NCBI GenBank assembly: GCA_026770705.1
Contig: JANJGN010000026.1
Coordinates: forward strand, 40,176,001-40,240,000
DNA: 64,000 nt
DNA from: Isurus oxyrinchus
Taxonomy: Eukaryota
Reading direction: 5' to 3'
In this document: piece after piece, positions 26,555-39,716 of the stretch
Layout: every line of letters begins with the position of its first letter
Position numbering within the stretch: position 1 is the stretch's first letter
The notes under the pieces: model-generated
Database searches by the model: none
Told to the model about the DNA's origin: nothing
What the model saw: only the letters and a program-made list of their open reading frames with translations
Translations under genes and position numbers: made by a program

Positions 26555-26925
26555 GTTTTTTATGCATTTGTGAGATGTGAGCGTCGCTGGCTGGGCCAGC
26601 ATTTGTTGATCATCCTTAATTGCCCTTATTCAGCGGGCATTTAAGAGCTGACCACATTGCTGCAGGTCTCGAGTCACATATGGGCCAGCCCAGGTAAGGA
26701 CAGCAGATTTCCTTCCCTAAAGGGCATAGTGAACCAAATGGGTTTTCATGACAATCGGCAATGGTTTCATGGTCATCATTAGGCGTTTAATTCAAGGTTT
26801 TTTTTTAATTGAATTCAAATTGCATCATCTGCTGTGGCGATCCCCAGAGCGTTACCGAGGGTAAACCTTGGCTCTCTGAATGACTCATGCAGCGACAATG
26901 CCACTAGGCCATTGCCTCCCCCCAA
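26555..26925 (-). mobile_element. tRNA-derived SINE with LINE-derived tail
   Basis: A-box TGGCCTAGTGG; core GGTTCACTA..CCTTTAGGGAAGGAAATCTG shared with 9047, 49115 and 57345 copies. Confidence 0.85.
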
Positions 26926-27511
26926 ATCTCTCTCTCTTTCTCATTTCTCTTAATGTCTCTCCCTCTGTTATCTCTCTCTGCTTATCTCCATCTCTCTCCT
27001 TCAATTGTATCGTTCTCTTCCCTCCTGTTTTTCTCTCTTTATCTCCATCTGCGTTTACCTCTCTGCCCCTCACTCAGTCTCTCTCCCTTTATCTCCATCT
27101 GTGTTTTTGCCATTGTCTCACCCACAGTTTTTGTTCCTCTCTGCCTCTCAATGCGCTTCTCCATCTGCCTGTCCCTCACAGACACGTTTGAAAAACAAAT
27201 ATTTAGCCGCCCAGGCGGCCCTCTAGTCCATCGTAATTATTTGATTCATTGAAGTTATCCAAGTGTTGTTTTTACATTCCATTCCCTGGGGAGTCTTCAG
27301 GATTAGATGCCTGTTACTGTTGTAGAAGAGGAAGTTAGTCGCCACAACAACAGGCCTCAGAAACTCTCCATTTTATATCAGGACATTCGTTTCCAAAACC
27401 AAATGCGGTGTCTAATCATTTTCTGGGCCCGAATTAAATTCATCAGAAAAGGCAGCCTCAAACCAATTGATGTACTCAGTCCCCATCAGACACAATAGAG
27501 GTCCATCCTTG

Positions 27512-27652
27512 TATAAAAGCAAAACACTGTGGATGCTGGAGATCTGAAACAAAAACAGGAAGTGCTGGAAAGGCACAGCAGTTCTAGCAGCATCTGTGGA
27601 GAGAGAAACAGAGTTAACGTTTCGAGTTCAATGTAACTCTTCTTTGGAACCC
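27512..27652 (-). mobile_element. Penelope-like pLTR fragment
   Basis: Alignable to other PLE tails; degenerate hammerhead core. Confidence 0.75.
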
Positions 27653-27984
27653 TGAGTTAGGGAGACAGTTGTATCTTTATTGATGAGGAAAAGTGAAAAA
27701 CCTGGCTCCAGAGGGCATGTCAATGGAAAAAAATCCATCGGCGTCAGTTTGCTCCCTTTCCCTCGCCAACGATATGAAAGATATTTACCATAAAAATATC
27801 TTTAATTGTAAATCTCAATGACCCCAAATTAAACCAATTCTCCAGTAATATTCCTGATCCAACGTGTTCAAGAACCAGGAAAACGCAATGAATGGAATTA
27901 CAGCTTCACGGTTTTGATTTTAGGTGAGGACTTTGCGGAGAATAGTGTTGCCAACAGAACATGTTTCTTCTCATTTGTATCAGC

Positions 27985-28230
27985 AGCTTTCGATGGAGAG
28001 ACTGTGATCCACCAGTCACAGCGGATCCTTACACAAGAAGGACAATCGAATGAAATGCAGTAAAATGTAATCACCAGAGGCTCTTGAGAGTATTCACTGG
28101 CATAGGATACGTCAGAAAAATGCTCGAAATTTATCATATCGACTGTTATCAGAAACATTACAGGCAAACTCTTCAACCTATTCATTTACCCAACAAGAAG
28201 TTATAACATTCCCGGTAAGGGCAGCACTGT
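27985..28230 (+). pseudogene. Possible highly degenerate V exon
   Basis: After an AG: GETVIHQSQRILTQEGQSNEMQ*N...IHWHR...KLFNLFI. Confidence 0.45.
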
Positions 28231-28589
28231 TGCACGTGGCATTGAAGAGGGCATTAGATGATTATTTGAATGGAAATAATGTGTCGGGGGATGGGGAAAA
28301 GGCAGGGCAATGGCACCCTTCTGCTCTGCTGACCCAATGAATGGCAATGAGTAAATAATGGCAGCAATCTCTCCAGTATCACAGATATCACAGTGGGACT
28401 GGCACTCTGTATTACTGCTGCGACAGAGGAACTCACTGCAGAGTTACCGACAAAGGCAGCGAAAAGCGGAACTATCTCTTATTATTCCTGATAACTCTAA
28501 CACTTCGCAGCAGGTGTGTCCTTCCGAATAAAACCCCCATTCTCCTGCTGATGGCACTAATCAAGTTATTGTCCTTTGTGAAATGATGG

Positions 28590-28745
28590 TGGTGTCGTTA
28601 GTGGAGGGTCAAACACATTTTTCTTTCCCTCTCATTTCCTACATGGTTCAAATGTGAATGTTAAATACCCGCCAGTTTGATCTTTCCTGTTGTTCTGAGT
28701 CATGGAGATTTTGTCACTCAACCGCTGTCCTCAGGAGGATCAGAG
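28590..28745 (+). pseudogene. Family-D V 5' remnant
   Basis: CTGAGTCATGGAGATTTTGTCACTCAACCG (SHGDFVTQP) matches the family-D exon start. Confidence 0.55.
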
Positions 28746-29269
28746 GTATAGCAGCAAACTGAAAGTTCTGGGAGGGCCTTTAATAGGTGGTGTTATCCTA
28801 CGTAGTGTCCGCCTGCGAGAAATTGTGCTGTCTGCACTTGCTGTCTCAGTGATCCCCCCTTCTTTCTGTGAAATAAACTATCCCAAGGAGACAGTTTCCA
28901 GCCCTCCTGCCCCGCTGCTGAAGGACATGTCATTTTTTCAGTCAACGTCCTATCCGAGTGCTGACTGCAACAACACTTAGATCAGTATCAGAATGTTCAT
29001 GTGTTGAAAACATATCCCGCAAGTTTACTGTAAACTGAATTGTTGAGTCGAATTGGGGGTGGGGGCAGGAGTTCAAATGTGAATTTGTGAAATAAATTCC
29101 CAGCTGGAATTGCAGACGTCGAGACTTCTACAGAGTTCAAGGAAATATTTGGGGCATCGTGGGGGAAGGTTCAGAACATCTGCGAATGATTGATGTTAAA
29201 TTGGCCGCATGGTCTCCAACATACCGAATGATCGAATGAACTGGTGCACGGCAGGAACTGCATAGTGTC

Positions 29270-29560
29270 TGAAGTAAAACTATAAAACTCTGGAGAAGTT
29301 CAGCAGGTTTGCAGCTTTGGAGAGTCAGAAACAGATTTTAGTCGATGATATTCATCAGAACTGGAAAAAACTGTAGATGTAACAGGTTGTAAATAATTAC
29401 AGAGGCAGGCATAGGCGGCATTACATAAAGAAGAAAATGGTAGATCAGTGAAATGGTGGCTGGCAGGATAGGTTAAAAGTTACAGGCGAAGTGGCCCAAG
29501 GGAAAAATGTAATGGGGCAAGTAAAGAAACGAAATGTAGCTCTGGCGGAGGTGTACTTAA
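29270..29560 (-). mobile_element. Degenerate Penelope-like fragment
   Basis: TCAGCAGGT...TTCATCAGAACT tail motif. Confidence 0.55.
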
Positions 29561-30514
29561 GGAAAGCAGATTCATCCCTTCGAGTTTCCATCCAAAATGC
29601 AAAGAGAAACCATAGAAAGAAGAACAAAGTGCTGTAGAAAAATTGTTAAATGCAATCTTGAATCCGGAAGGTTAACAAGTGCTGGAAAGCTGCACCTTGT
29701 AGTTCCAATCACCGCCATCAGTGGGCAGTGGGAGACTGTTGTGATCAGTGTTGGGGAGAATTCCAGACTGAGAACAATATTCGGTAACTTTATTGAAGAA
29801 AATGTCATTGAAGGAACACATGTGGAAACAAAAATTATTTTAATATTCATAGCATGTTTTATATTGTTTAACGTAATTCATTATAATGAGCTGTCAATGT
29901 TGCTATTACTGTTGGCATGTTGTTAATATTTGAAAAAAAAAGTTCGCGCTGCATCCAAGTGGGGAAGCACACGGGTTCACAATATGAAAGGAGACTGTTG
30001 GGCAAATCTTCCTGTTGTCACACTGAGAATGATCGCAATCTGGAATAAAGCTTCAGTCAGAATGCGGAAGGACAATGCACTCGAATCGTTGGATGCTGCA
30101 GTTGAAGGCGAGATGTAGGGTCTCCCCCGAAAAGAAACCTATTGTAAGAGGGAGAGAATAGCTGTTCTAATTTGTCTATCTAACTATATTGTGTACTGTA
30201 GCTGGGCGGGAACTCATGTACTTACCGGTACATGCCATCAGAGAGCAGTGTGAACCAATGAGAAAATTGAATGTGGGCGGACCGGAGCGAGATCACAAAC
30301 AGTGTGAGCTGGTGTCAGTGTGACACGCTGAGTGTGGGCGGGTAAATCCCAAGACTAAGCTTCTTATGTTAGTTCGACAATAAGGCGCCTCTGAGTTGGA
30401 CCTGAAGCCCGTGTGTAGCTTCTTGTTAATTCTGCTGAATATAATATCCATCTTCTGCTTCTAACCTGACCTCCCTGGGCAATCGTTTCAGCCGCTTTTT
30501 CATGTGATCTGATA

Positions 30515-30847
30515 ATGATCAGAATTTACATAATCTGTTTGCTGTTTTTCACTCTGACATACACGGATGTGGCCGGTAAGGATGAGGTGGTGCAGCTCCC
30601 TGGGCAGGTGGTCTTTAGGGAAGCGGAAATCGTAACCATGAACTGCACTCGCACCACAGCGTTTAACCTCGTGTTTTGGTACAGACAGCTCCCGAATCAG
30701 CCACCCCAGTATCTGGTAATGGCCACAAGAGGAACCGGTCAACAAGGGAGGATCACGGCTTCAATCGGTGAAGGCAGCAAACTCAGTATCCTGACTGTGA
30801 GCGATGCCCAAGCTACAGACACTGCCACCTATCTCTGCGCTGTGGGC
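30515..30847 (+). CDS. TRAV/DV: Intact TCR V gene (family B); leader and V in a single exon
   Basis: MIRIYIICLLFFTLTYTDVAGKDEVVQLPGQVVFREAEIVTMNCTRTTAFNLVFWYRQLPNQPPQYLVMATRGTGQQGRITASIGEGSKLSILTVSDAQATDTATYLCAVG. Confidence 0.92.
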
Positions 30848-30886
30848 CACAGTGTAAAAAACATATGTGGCGCTCGTACAGAAACC
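30848..30886 (+). other. 23-RSS
   Basis: CACAGTG+23+ACAGAAACC. Confidence 0.95.
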
Positions 30887-31810
30887 TGCACCGAGTGCGA
30901 GAGCCGCTTTACTGTTTTTGGACCATCAGCATTGCGAGTGGCGCCGTTATAAAATGATCCGTAGGTAGGAGATATGAGTGCCAAAATAAAGAAAACATAG
31001 AAGAGAAAGATTGAAAGAGAGTCAGAAATAAACAGAGCTGCAAACATAGACGAAGAAAAAGGAAGAGTAAAGACGTAAGACAGAATATGTAGCGCAAAAG
31101 AACGAGAGAAAAAGTGCAGTAATAATACTTGAACAGGACATATATTCAGGAAACTACTGAAAGAGACAGCAAAAAGAGATAGGAAGAAAAGAGAGAGAAA
31201 GGAGGTGAAGAAAACGGATTTAACCATTGAGGACAGACGTGCACTGAGCTGATCCACCGGGGCAACCCCACTCAAGGGCATTGACCAGATCTTCTTTTCA
31301 TTCAATCAGTTGCATTGTTCAGTTGAATAAATTTTATTAAGCTATACGTTTCATTTTCTCTGGTTTATCTGTTTTTACTTCTAATTAACCCCTTCTGTTC
31401 AGTTTGTCGTTGTTCACTTCCTTCCAGCTCCGCGATTCACTTTGCGATCGGTAGATTGCCCCATTAACGTGACCCCGGTCTCAGGTTCTGTAATATGTTG
31501 TCGCTCAGGTTCAATGGAGGTTGGGTTTCAGTACCCTCTTCCTTGGAGATTATCTCAACATAGCTCCCTGATTTTAGTGACAGAAATAGTTGATTAGAAA
31601 CGGGAAGGAGAGTTTAATTGGCAGATTTATCTTTGGCGTCACTCCGATTGGATTCTGAAGTTTGTTCCTCTCGGCCGCTCCTGGAAACTGTTGGCGACAA
31701 CCTTATTCAAGGTTTATTTGGTTTCCTCTCGCATCTTGTTTGAAATGCTTCATTGGTGCGATTGCGCACACCCGTCAACAGATAGGAGCTCAGACATACA
31801 GTCCAAAGCA

Positions 31811-32316
31811 GGTTTTTTGTGCAGGTGTGGAATTGCTTTCCACAGCTCTGTGTCCCAGGGACCGCAGTGATGCACCGCAGGCATCATTACTAAAGGGTAA
31901 ATCTGGACTAAACAAGTTTTATTTTACCTCTAATTTCCAAAGTATGGATTGAATCTGAACTTTAAACATCCGTGAGTCAATATTTTTTTTTCCCAATGGG
32001 CCCTGTTTTTCAAATATGATTCACAGGGATTATATTACTCAGTCGCTTTCCTCCGATGCCAAGGCAGAAGGAGCTACGCTGAATTTAAGTCACATCTATG
32101 ATACTGCTTGGAGCAGATATAATTTATACCGTTACCGGCAACACTCAGACACGCAACCCGAGTTTCGACTGTGGAAATATTCTCTTGGTAATTTAGATGA
32201 AGCAGAGTTTGACGAAGTCGTTTCTCTACAGATCTACAGACCTCGACTAAGTTCATCAGTTGAAATATTTCAAGGCTTCAGCTGCCTGACGCAGCCCAGA
32301 TGCTGAGTCGCCACAT
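31811..32316 (-). pseudogene. Family-D V gene disrupted by an internal inversion (31881-32291)
   Basis: ATG/leader start and RSS on minus strand; leader end, intron and V exon on plus strand. Confidence 0.85.
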
Positions 32317-32513
32317 TGCCACTGTCCGCTCTGTAAAAGGGGAGTTGGATATTTGAAGGCGCCCTTTTACATCTTCACTCTCAATGATCTGCTGCCGTGT
32401 CTCATGATGCTCTCACCTCACTTTCCTCTATCTTCGGTGGTGTCCTGAGTCCGGTAAGTGGTGATCTGGCTGTCAATTAGTGGAAACACCTCGAACTCGG
32501 CTATAGTCAGTGC

Positions 32514-34330
32514 AGAAGGGTGCACCCTCCGATCCCGCAAAGTGGAAGAGGTGAAGTTGCACTCTCCAATTACAAAGAGACCAGAGACTCTCAGGCTTCT
32601 TTTAACCGGTTTTATTCAAGCATATGCAAGGCAGCTGCAATCATTTCTAAGAATGAAGACCCAGTTCCCAGATTGATTACTTTTCATTACTTATGTACTT
32701 TTTCTTATCATAATACATTTGAATACATTTGAATACATCCAATCGGTAACCGACACACCGGTCTCTTGGTAACCCCATCCAATTGAGTAAATAAACATGT
32801 GATTTTGCTAACCAATTATTCTAAAGGAGATATACATAATTATGTTATCCAATCAAAATTAAAACTCGTACAACAAAGACCTTGGTTTTCACAGCTCAAG
32901 ACTGTTTGCGTTTCATCAAAGCCCCCTCTTTGTCCATTGTATGTCTTCCCATATCTAAGTTAAAACCATCTGCCCCTTCCCTATGTGAAAGGGGAGTACA
33001 CTTAATCTATTTTATGCCCTGCTTGTGTCTTCAGCCTGATTCTCAAGTCTGTGCAATATTCATCTGTTAATCGTCAACTCTTAATATGCTTAGCAGCCAT
33101 GTCTACCTGAGGATTTTAAGTTTTCTTCAGTAAATTCTTACAGTGTTCTCTTTTAGCACGTTTAATTTCTCCCTAAGAGTCACTTTTTTCATAGGCGTGA
33201 TAGTGTCGTTGTTAAAAACGTTGGGATCATGTGTGTAAGGGTGGGATGGGGTAGCAGAATGGTAGGAGGGGACAGAATTCATTGATTGGTTCTTGTGATT
33301 ATTAATGATTTTGGTTTATTCCAGCGTTAATTCTTCCTCTTACATTTAGCAGCTTCACCAACAGGATGCTGCTAACTGTGACTCCAGTGACCTTTTCCTG
33401 ACAGATCAGGGAACCAGTGGTTGAAGTTTGATTCTGTAATTCTTCAGAGTTATTTATTGGGTCTTCATATTAGAACAATGATACCTATTGTTACTGAACA
33501 AACAATTTTACAGACCGAAAGAATTAGCTCACGCTTTAATTTAACTTTCACCTAAGTTCCACAATGAACTACCTTTTTGACAACTGCCCTTATAGTATCT
33601 TAACTGAAATATCCATGAAATATTACCCCAGTTAAGAAATTGCCTTCGACTGCAAATAGAAGTACAATCTACAGCTTCCCAGAAACAAAAGGTGCTGATG
33701 TGGTTTTGAAAAAGCAGATTCTAACAAACTGTTTCACAGGACCAATGTTCTCCAGGCCTCAGGCTGCTACTTTCTACAATTAAAAACCTTTCACATGCAA
33801 AACAAAGGAGCTGGTCTCCAGTGAGACATCCCCGCCCCCGCCGCCCTCCTCCTCCCGCCCCCAGAATTCACTGCAGCTTAAAGGCTGCTTTCCTAAATAC
33901 TTTTTTTCTTTTTCATGTTCCCCATTGTCTTCACAAACCCCTTTAACGTTGGGTTTCCCAAATATTAAAACCTTTCATGTTCCTATGTTACCTTTATTTC
34001 GCATCTCATGAATCTCCGGTAAGATGAAAATGTTCTTTGAACCTCTTTTGAAATGCACTAGCTGCACATGAATTTTAACACAACACCAAATGTATATTTC
34101 AAATCTACTTTGTTTACTTGTAAATTAAAACCCACCAGAAGACCTCAATTCAAATGCAAAGAGATAACACATTTACTCTTTCACCCCTTAGACTCCACAA
34201 AGAATTTGACTCCAGGAACCTCTGCATTGATTAACCCTGAACATACACAGGCACAGCTTTCCTTACCTACACAGGGTATATTCATAAACACACAAAAATA
34301 AAAAGATGCACATATAATCACACCTCTCAT
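32514..34330 (-). mobile_element. Probable insertion, possibly LTR (32514-33142, TG...CA) plus internal remnant
   Basis: Interrupts the family-D promoter alignment at ~32515; AATAAA, CCAAT boxes and a purine-rich tract before TGTAAG; no coding evidence. Confidence 0.35.
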
Positions 34331-35364
34331 TGGTTTAATGTGGCAGGAGGGAGAATAGCTCTAGACTGGTTTCATAGCCTCCAGGGTAAGATGTAGAGCG
34401 GGTTCTCGTTGACATGAACTCGATAGCAGCAGAAGATGAATATCTCTACAACTCTCACTCAGATTACAAAAGCACATGGAGCAAAGAAATAAACAAATCA
34501 CAAGATTTTTAGATTTAGCTTTTCCCCTTTATCATCGATCCCCTCTAACTGTACAGTTCATTGCTTCAGAAAACTGATCTCACCTCGGCTCTTTATTCCT
34601 CCCTCCATTTTCCATATCTTCCACTCACCTGTCCCACTCATTGCTTAGTATCTGAAGCCTATCCTTCAATATGTGGGTTTACTTTGTCATCCTATTGTCC
34701 AATGGACCCTCACATACCATTAAAGTATTCTGATTTGAATTATTAAATTGCTATTTATTACAAAATGAGTCAGATTTTGGAGATACAGCAGTTAACCCGC
34801 TGCCCTGGCCTGATGAAAGGAACGTTGTGGCATTACGCCCCCTGGTGGGCATTCTATGAAGTGTTCAGATGCCCCTGAGAGACTGTGAGAGATCCAATGT
34901 TCATTCAATAACCCGATATGAGATTTCTGGTTCAAAGGAAGCTCGGTTGGAGCAGTTTTGAATTCACATGCCGAGCAGAAACAATGGTTTATATAGTTAA
35001 ACTATATACTGGAAAAAGGAAAGTTCAACAATTATGGGTAAAAGTGGAGACAGGCAATGATAAGGCACAGGGCCAAAAAGGAAATCATCAGACAAAGGGT
35101 GAGTTCAGGCTGCATTGGTGCATTTGTGGAGTTTGTATTTTATTACATATATAACTTAAAATTACAAACGAATATATTTTTGCCAGTGGACCTCATCTGT
35201 TCTTTTTGAGTGCCTTACTTCATTACACTTTTTAAAACCTCTTTGTGACTCCCCCTGAATTATTGCTTCCGTTTATTGCTGCAAGAATGGCCTCTCTTGA
35301 GCAGTAACTGGAATATTCAACGTCTTTTTGTTTGGGATCCGCTGTATCCCTGAAACTGCGTCGT

Positions 35365-35835
35365 GCTCATGGTACAGAAGAACAAGACGGGGTCGGAGAT
35401 CAGGACATTGATGATCGTTGACTCTTTGGTATTAGCAGTTTTACTGAACATGCAGGAGAATCGATCAGCAATTTAAAGGTTCTTGTTGACTGTCTCTCCG
35501 ATGATCTGGAACACCCACTGCGACCTGAATCGGTAGTGCTGACTGTAACAGAAAACTGAAGGGTTAGAATCACTTGTTTCCGAGATGCAGCTCACTGTGA
35601 CATTAATCTCCTTTTCAAGCATCATTTCTGGAACTAACTTTTCCACTGAGTTTTGTTCCCTCTTTTCTAACATAAAATAAAGCAACGCTCATTACCGTCA
35701 TCATTACCATTGTCACAGTTTTATTTTTTAGCAGAATTAATAGCTAAACTACGGCAGTCAGGGGGATAATTGATTTTATTAGGAAGGAAGTACGTACTCA
35801 GCAGTGATTTAATGATGAGGAAATGGCCATGCGAG
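35365..35835 (-). pseudogene. TCR V pseudogene (family A)
   Basis: NSVEKLVPEMMLEKEINVTVSCISETSDSNPSVFCYSQ...*...SDPVLFFCTM; degenerate RSS; promoter ~35870-36030. Confidence 0.85.
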
Positions 35836-37484
35836 CTGCTGTTTGAGTTTGTAACCCCGCATTCATTTAATTCTCTGTCGGATCAGAAATGCAGATTTCC
35901 ATCCCAGTGCACTGCTGATCCAAACAAATGCCAAACAGGGAGTAACGGCAGCATTCTGCCCAAAAAAAACAGAGCAAGCAAGGCAGTCAATGTAAAGCAG
36001 AAGGCGAAAGCTGCGGGCGAGGCTGAGGCAGTGCTTGTTATTGCAGTGTTATTGCAGAATCCATTTGTCATGCTCTGAATTCAATAGTAACGTACCCATC
36101 AGAAATTCTGTAACTTTGCATCCCTATAAGGTCTGCCGTCGCTTCATATTCATTGCAAATTCGAAGTCAAAAGGCTCGCGGATGGAAACGCAGAATGATT
36201 ATGTTGTTCAATATTTACTAAAATCTTCATCATTGACACTGGTGTAAAAAAACACTGGGACTGAAACTGGCGATGACAAATAGAGCAAAACGGCAATAGA
36301 TTCCTATTTTCTGGTTGATGCACACACTTAAACTTAACTATCTTATGAAATTGTGGAAGTGTAACGGAAAATATCACATTAAAAACTATAAATCTGGCAT
36401 AAAACGATTTTAGGTTAATTTGTATTCAGAAAATCGATATTAGCCGATGCAACGTAGACGGGTGAAAATCACAATCTGTGTACGCTACCTGCTGGGTGGG
36501 GTTAAAGCATCCGCATTTACTGATATCACAGGGCACGGATACTGGACGAAAATTCCCCAGTGCCTTCTCCCCGTGGGTCATAGGACACAAAGGTAAACTG
36601 CGCGATTAGTGAACTGCACCTCAGTCAGTGTAAAATCATTTAATTTTCAGAACGATTCAATAATTGACAGAGATCGGCCATTAGAACAATCCTTTCCATA
36701 GGAGTGTTTTCTAATTATGAAAGTTGACGCCTTGCTGTGGGTCTGACCATAACGTTCAATGTATAACAGCTTGATCCAGCGGTTCAACAGTTATAATTAA
36801 TTTTCGTTGAGGTCCTTTCCAGATATTGGGTTGCTGATGGCCACTGCTTGGTGGAGTCTCCAGAACTCAATCCTACAGAAAGGATTTCTGGTTACTCATA
36901 CAAAGAGCATGAAGAACAGATCATTGGCATGTTTCCGTAATAATATGTCGTTTTATTTAACAGTGTATACACAGGGAGACAAAGAGGAAGAGAGAGAAAG
37001 GCTTGAATAACGGCTGGACATTCATAGGTAGACAGGTTGATAAACAAATGTAGAGATACAGATGGTGAAACAGAGAGAAAGACAAAAACAGGGAAAGAGA
37101 GAGGGAGAGAGAAACAGCGAGAGAGACAGATAGATAGAGAATGATGGAAGGAGATCGAGGGACAGTAGGAGAGAGAGAGCTAGAGAATAGAAAGGGAGGG
37201 ACGTAGTTGTGTGTGACGGAGAGAGAGAGAAAGGCAGAGAGGCAAAAAGGCAGCCAACTAGACAGACCCAGACATTATTCATTAGAAGATGGTTGTAGTA
37301 AGAGTGAAATGGACAGGCAGACACCTATATAGTAAGATTTAAACCAAACGGATAGTACCGCACGAAGGACAAACATAGCAGGAACTCGAAACTCCATTTT
37401 GGCCGCTTTTAACCCGTTTATGCCTGAGTGTGAATATTGTGTCTACATCTATTTATCTATCTGTATTTGTGGTGGGGAGCATTT

Positions 37485-38352
37485 GAGTGGGAATTAGGGG
37501 GGTCCTTCTCAGGATGGCGGCTGGTGACTAGTGAAGTTCCGCAGGAGTCAGTTTTGGGACAACAGCTTTTCACTTTATACATTAATGATACAGATGAAGG
37601 AACTGAGGGCATCCTGGCTAAGTTTGTAGATGACGCAAAGATAGGTGGAGGGACAGGTAGCATTGAGGAGGCATGGAGGCTGCAGAAGAATTTGGACAGG
37701 TTAGGAGAATGGGCAAAGAAGTGGCAGATGGAATAAAATGTGAGGAAATGTGAGGTCATGAACTTTGGTAGGAAGAATGGAGACATGGACTATTTTCTAA
37801 ATGGGGAGAGAATTCAGAAATCTGGAGTGCAAACGGACTTGGGAATCCTAGTCCAGGATTCTCTTAAGGTTAACTTGCAGGTTGACGTGGTAGTTAGGAA
37901 GGCAAATGCAATGTTGGCATTTATTCCGAGAGGACCAGAATATAAAAGCAGGAATGTGCTGCTGAGGCTTTAAAAGGCCCTGGTCAGACCACATTTAGAA
38001 TATTGTGAGCAATTTTGGGCCCCGTATCTCAGGAAGGATGTGCTGGCACTGGAGAGGGTCCAGGGTAGGTTCACGAGAACGATCCCAGGAATGAAAGGCT
38101 TAACATATGAGGAACGTTTGAGGACTCTGGCTCTATACTTGATGGAGTTTAGAAGGGTGAGAGGGGATCTGATTGAAACTTACAGAATACTGAAAGGCCT
38201 GGATAGAGTGGATGTGGGGAAGATATTTCCATTAGTAGGGGAGACTAGGACCTGAGGGCACAACCTCAAAGTAAAGAGAAGACCTTTCAGAACAGATATG
38301 AAGCGAAACTTCTTTAGCCAGAAAGTGCTGAATCTATGTAATTCATTGCAAA
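37485..38352 (+). mobile_element. CR1 LINE RT fragment
   Basis: VPQESVLG, KFVDDAK, EFRRVRGDLIETY. Confidence 0.92.
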
Positions 38353-38790
38353 ATGGTCGCCCAGTTTGAATTTGGTCTCTCCAATGTAGAGGAGACCGCA
38401 TGGGGAGCAACGAATGCAGCAGAGCAAATTGAAGGAGGTGCAAATGAAGCGCTGCTTCGCCCGAAAGGAGTCTTTGGGCCCGTGGGCGGTGAGGAAGGAC
38501 GAGGTAATGGGGCAGGTGTTGCACCTTCTGCGATTGCCAACTCCAGCACGATGCCACCACCAAACACACCAACCCTTCACCAACCCTGTCGGCATTCTGT
38601 GGGGACTGTTTCCTCGACGACAGCCTGGTCCACTCCTCCATCACCCCTAACACTTCATCAATCTCCCAAGGCACCTTCCTGTGCAATCGCAGAAGGTGTA
38701 TCACCTGCCCCTTTACCTCCTCCCTCCTCACAAAAATTATGCTGTTTAACTTTAATGAAAGGCCACTGACGGTGAAGGAAGAAGATTCAA
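38353..38790. mobile_element. Penelope-like GIY-YIG fragment with internal strand switch
   Basis: CTSFNLLCCIRCSPCGLLYIGETK on minus; plus-strand piece from ~38590. Confidence 0.85.
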
Positions 38791-39256
38791 TATAATGTTA
38801 CGTCTGAGATGATGTAGGCCATGTGTTCAAACTGCTGGGAAGGTTTCGGTTTATTTTCCGGAGATGCGTGTGCTGTCATGATTGGATTTATTGCCTAACT
38901 TTATTTGCCTTTATGTAACTGAGCACCTTGCTGGGCCATATGACCAGAATGTTAAGAAAAACGACTTTCGTGTAGTACTGACGCTCCTCTCTTGGGCCAA
39001 CTGGGTACTGATAACATCTGCGGACCCACCAGCAACGACAACATCTGAGAATAAATTTACATGTCACGTCCTTTCGTCCAATCAGATTGGATCTCTCCCT
39101 CATATGCTAATTTATCTCAGGAGCGGCTATCGGATGCTCCTGGTTTGTTTAACCCGGCACATACGAGCTGCTCAACACAAGTACTCGATCAGCTTCCCGC
39201 AAAGGACAATCAGATCAACCTGCAGAGACGCACTGCGGCTGGGATTCACAGAGATC

Positions 39257-39716
39257 ATGCATTTAAAATTCACCCTTTTAACTACCCTCACCTACTTAGC
39301 ATTTGGTAAGTCTACATGGGAAGTTATAGTACAAACCATTAAAAACTCCCTGATTCTTAGAAAATTCACAATTCACTTGTAATCTATACTTTCAATTAGA
39401 TCTGCGTCACGAAGATTCTGTGTCCCAGGATTGGGCAGCAGTCGTCCTGAAAATCGGACAGACGTTCAGAACGCAGTGCAGCTATTCGACAACAGCAACC
39501 TGGTATGACCTGTACTGGTACCGAAAGTATCCCGATGATCGCCCGGACATGATTGTGTGGAGAAGTACCAGTGGCAGTGGAGGGAAAGCGGAAAACATTG
39601 GGAATCGCTTCAGATCTGTAATAAACAAATCGTCAAAAATGTCTGTTTTAACAGTCACTGCTCTTCCGCTGAGCGACACGGCACTCTACATTTGTGGATT
39701 CGCCCGATCAGATCGA
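39257..39716 (+). CDS. TRAV/DV: Intact TCR V gene (delta-like): leader 39257-39305, V exon 39400-39716
   Basis: MHLKFTLLTTLTYLAF|DLRHEDSVSQDWAAVVLKIGQTFRTQCSYSTTATWYDLYWYRKYPDDRPDMIVWRSTSGSGGKAENIGNRFRSVINKSSKMSVLTVTALPLSDTALYICGFARSDR; GTAAGT/AG phase 1. Confidence 0.95.

Noticed and set aside
26084-26644. 186-aa hydrophobic ORF
   Set aside because: Product of CT-rich low-complexity sequence and a SINE end
30571-30580. G|GTAAG donor-like site at the end of the family-B leader
   Set aside because: Reads in frame as Gly-Lys, only partly conserved in paralogs, and no matching downstream acceptor is needed
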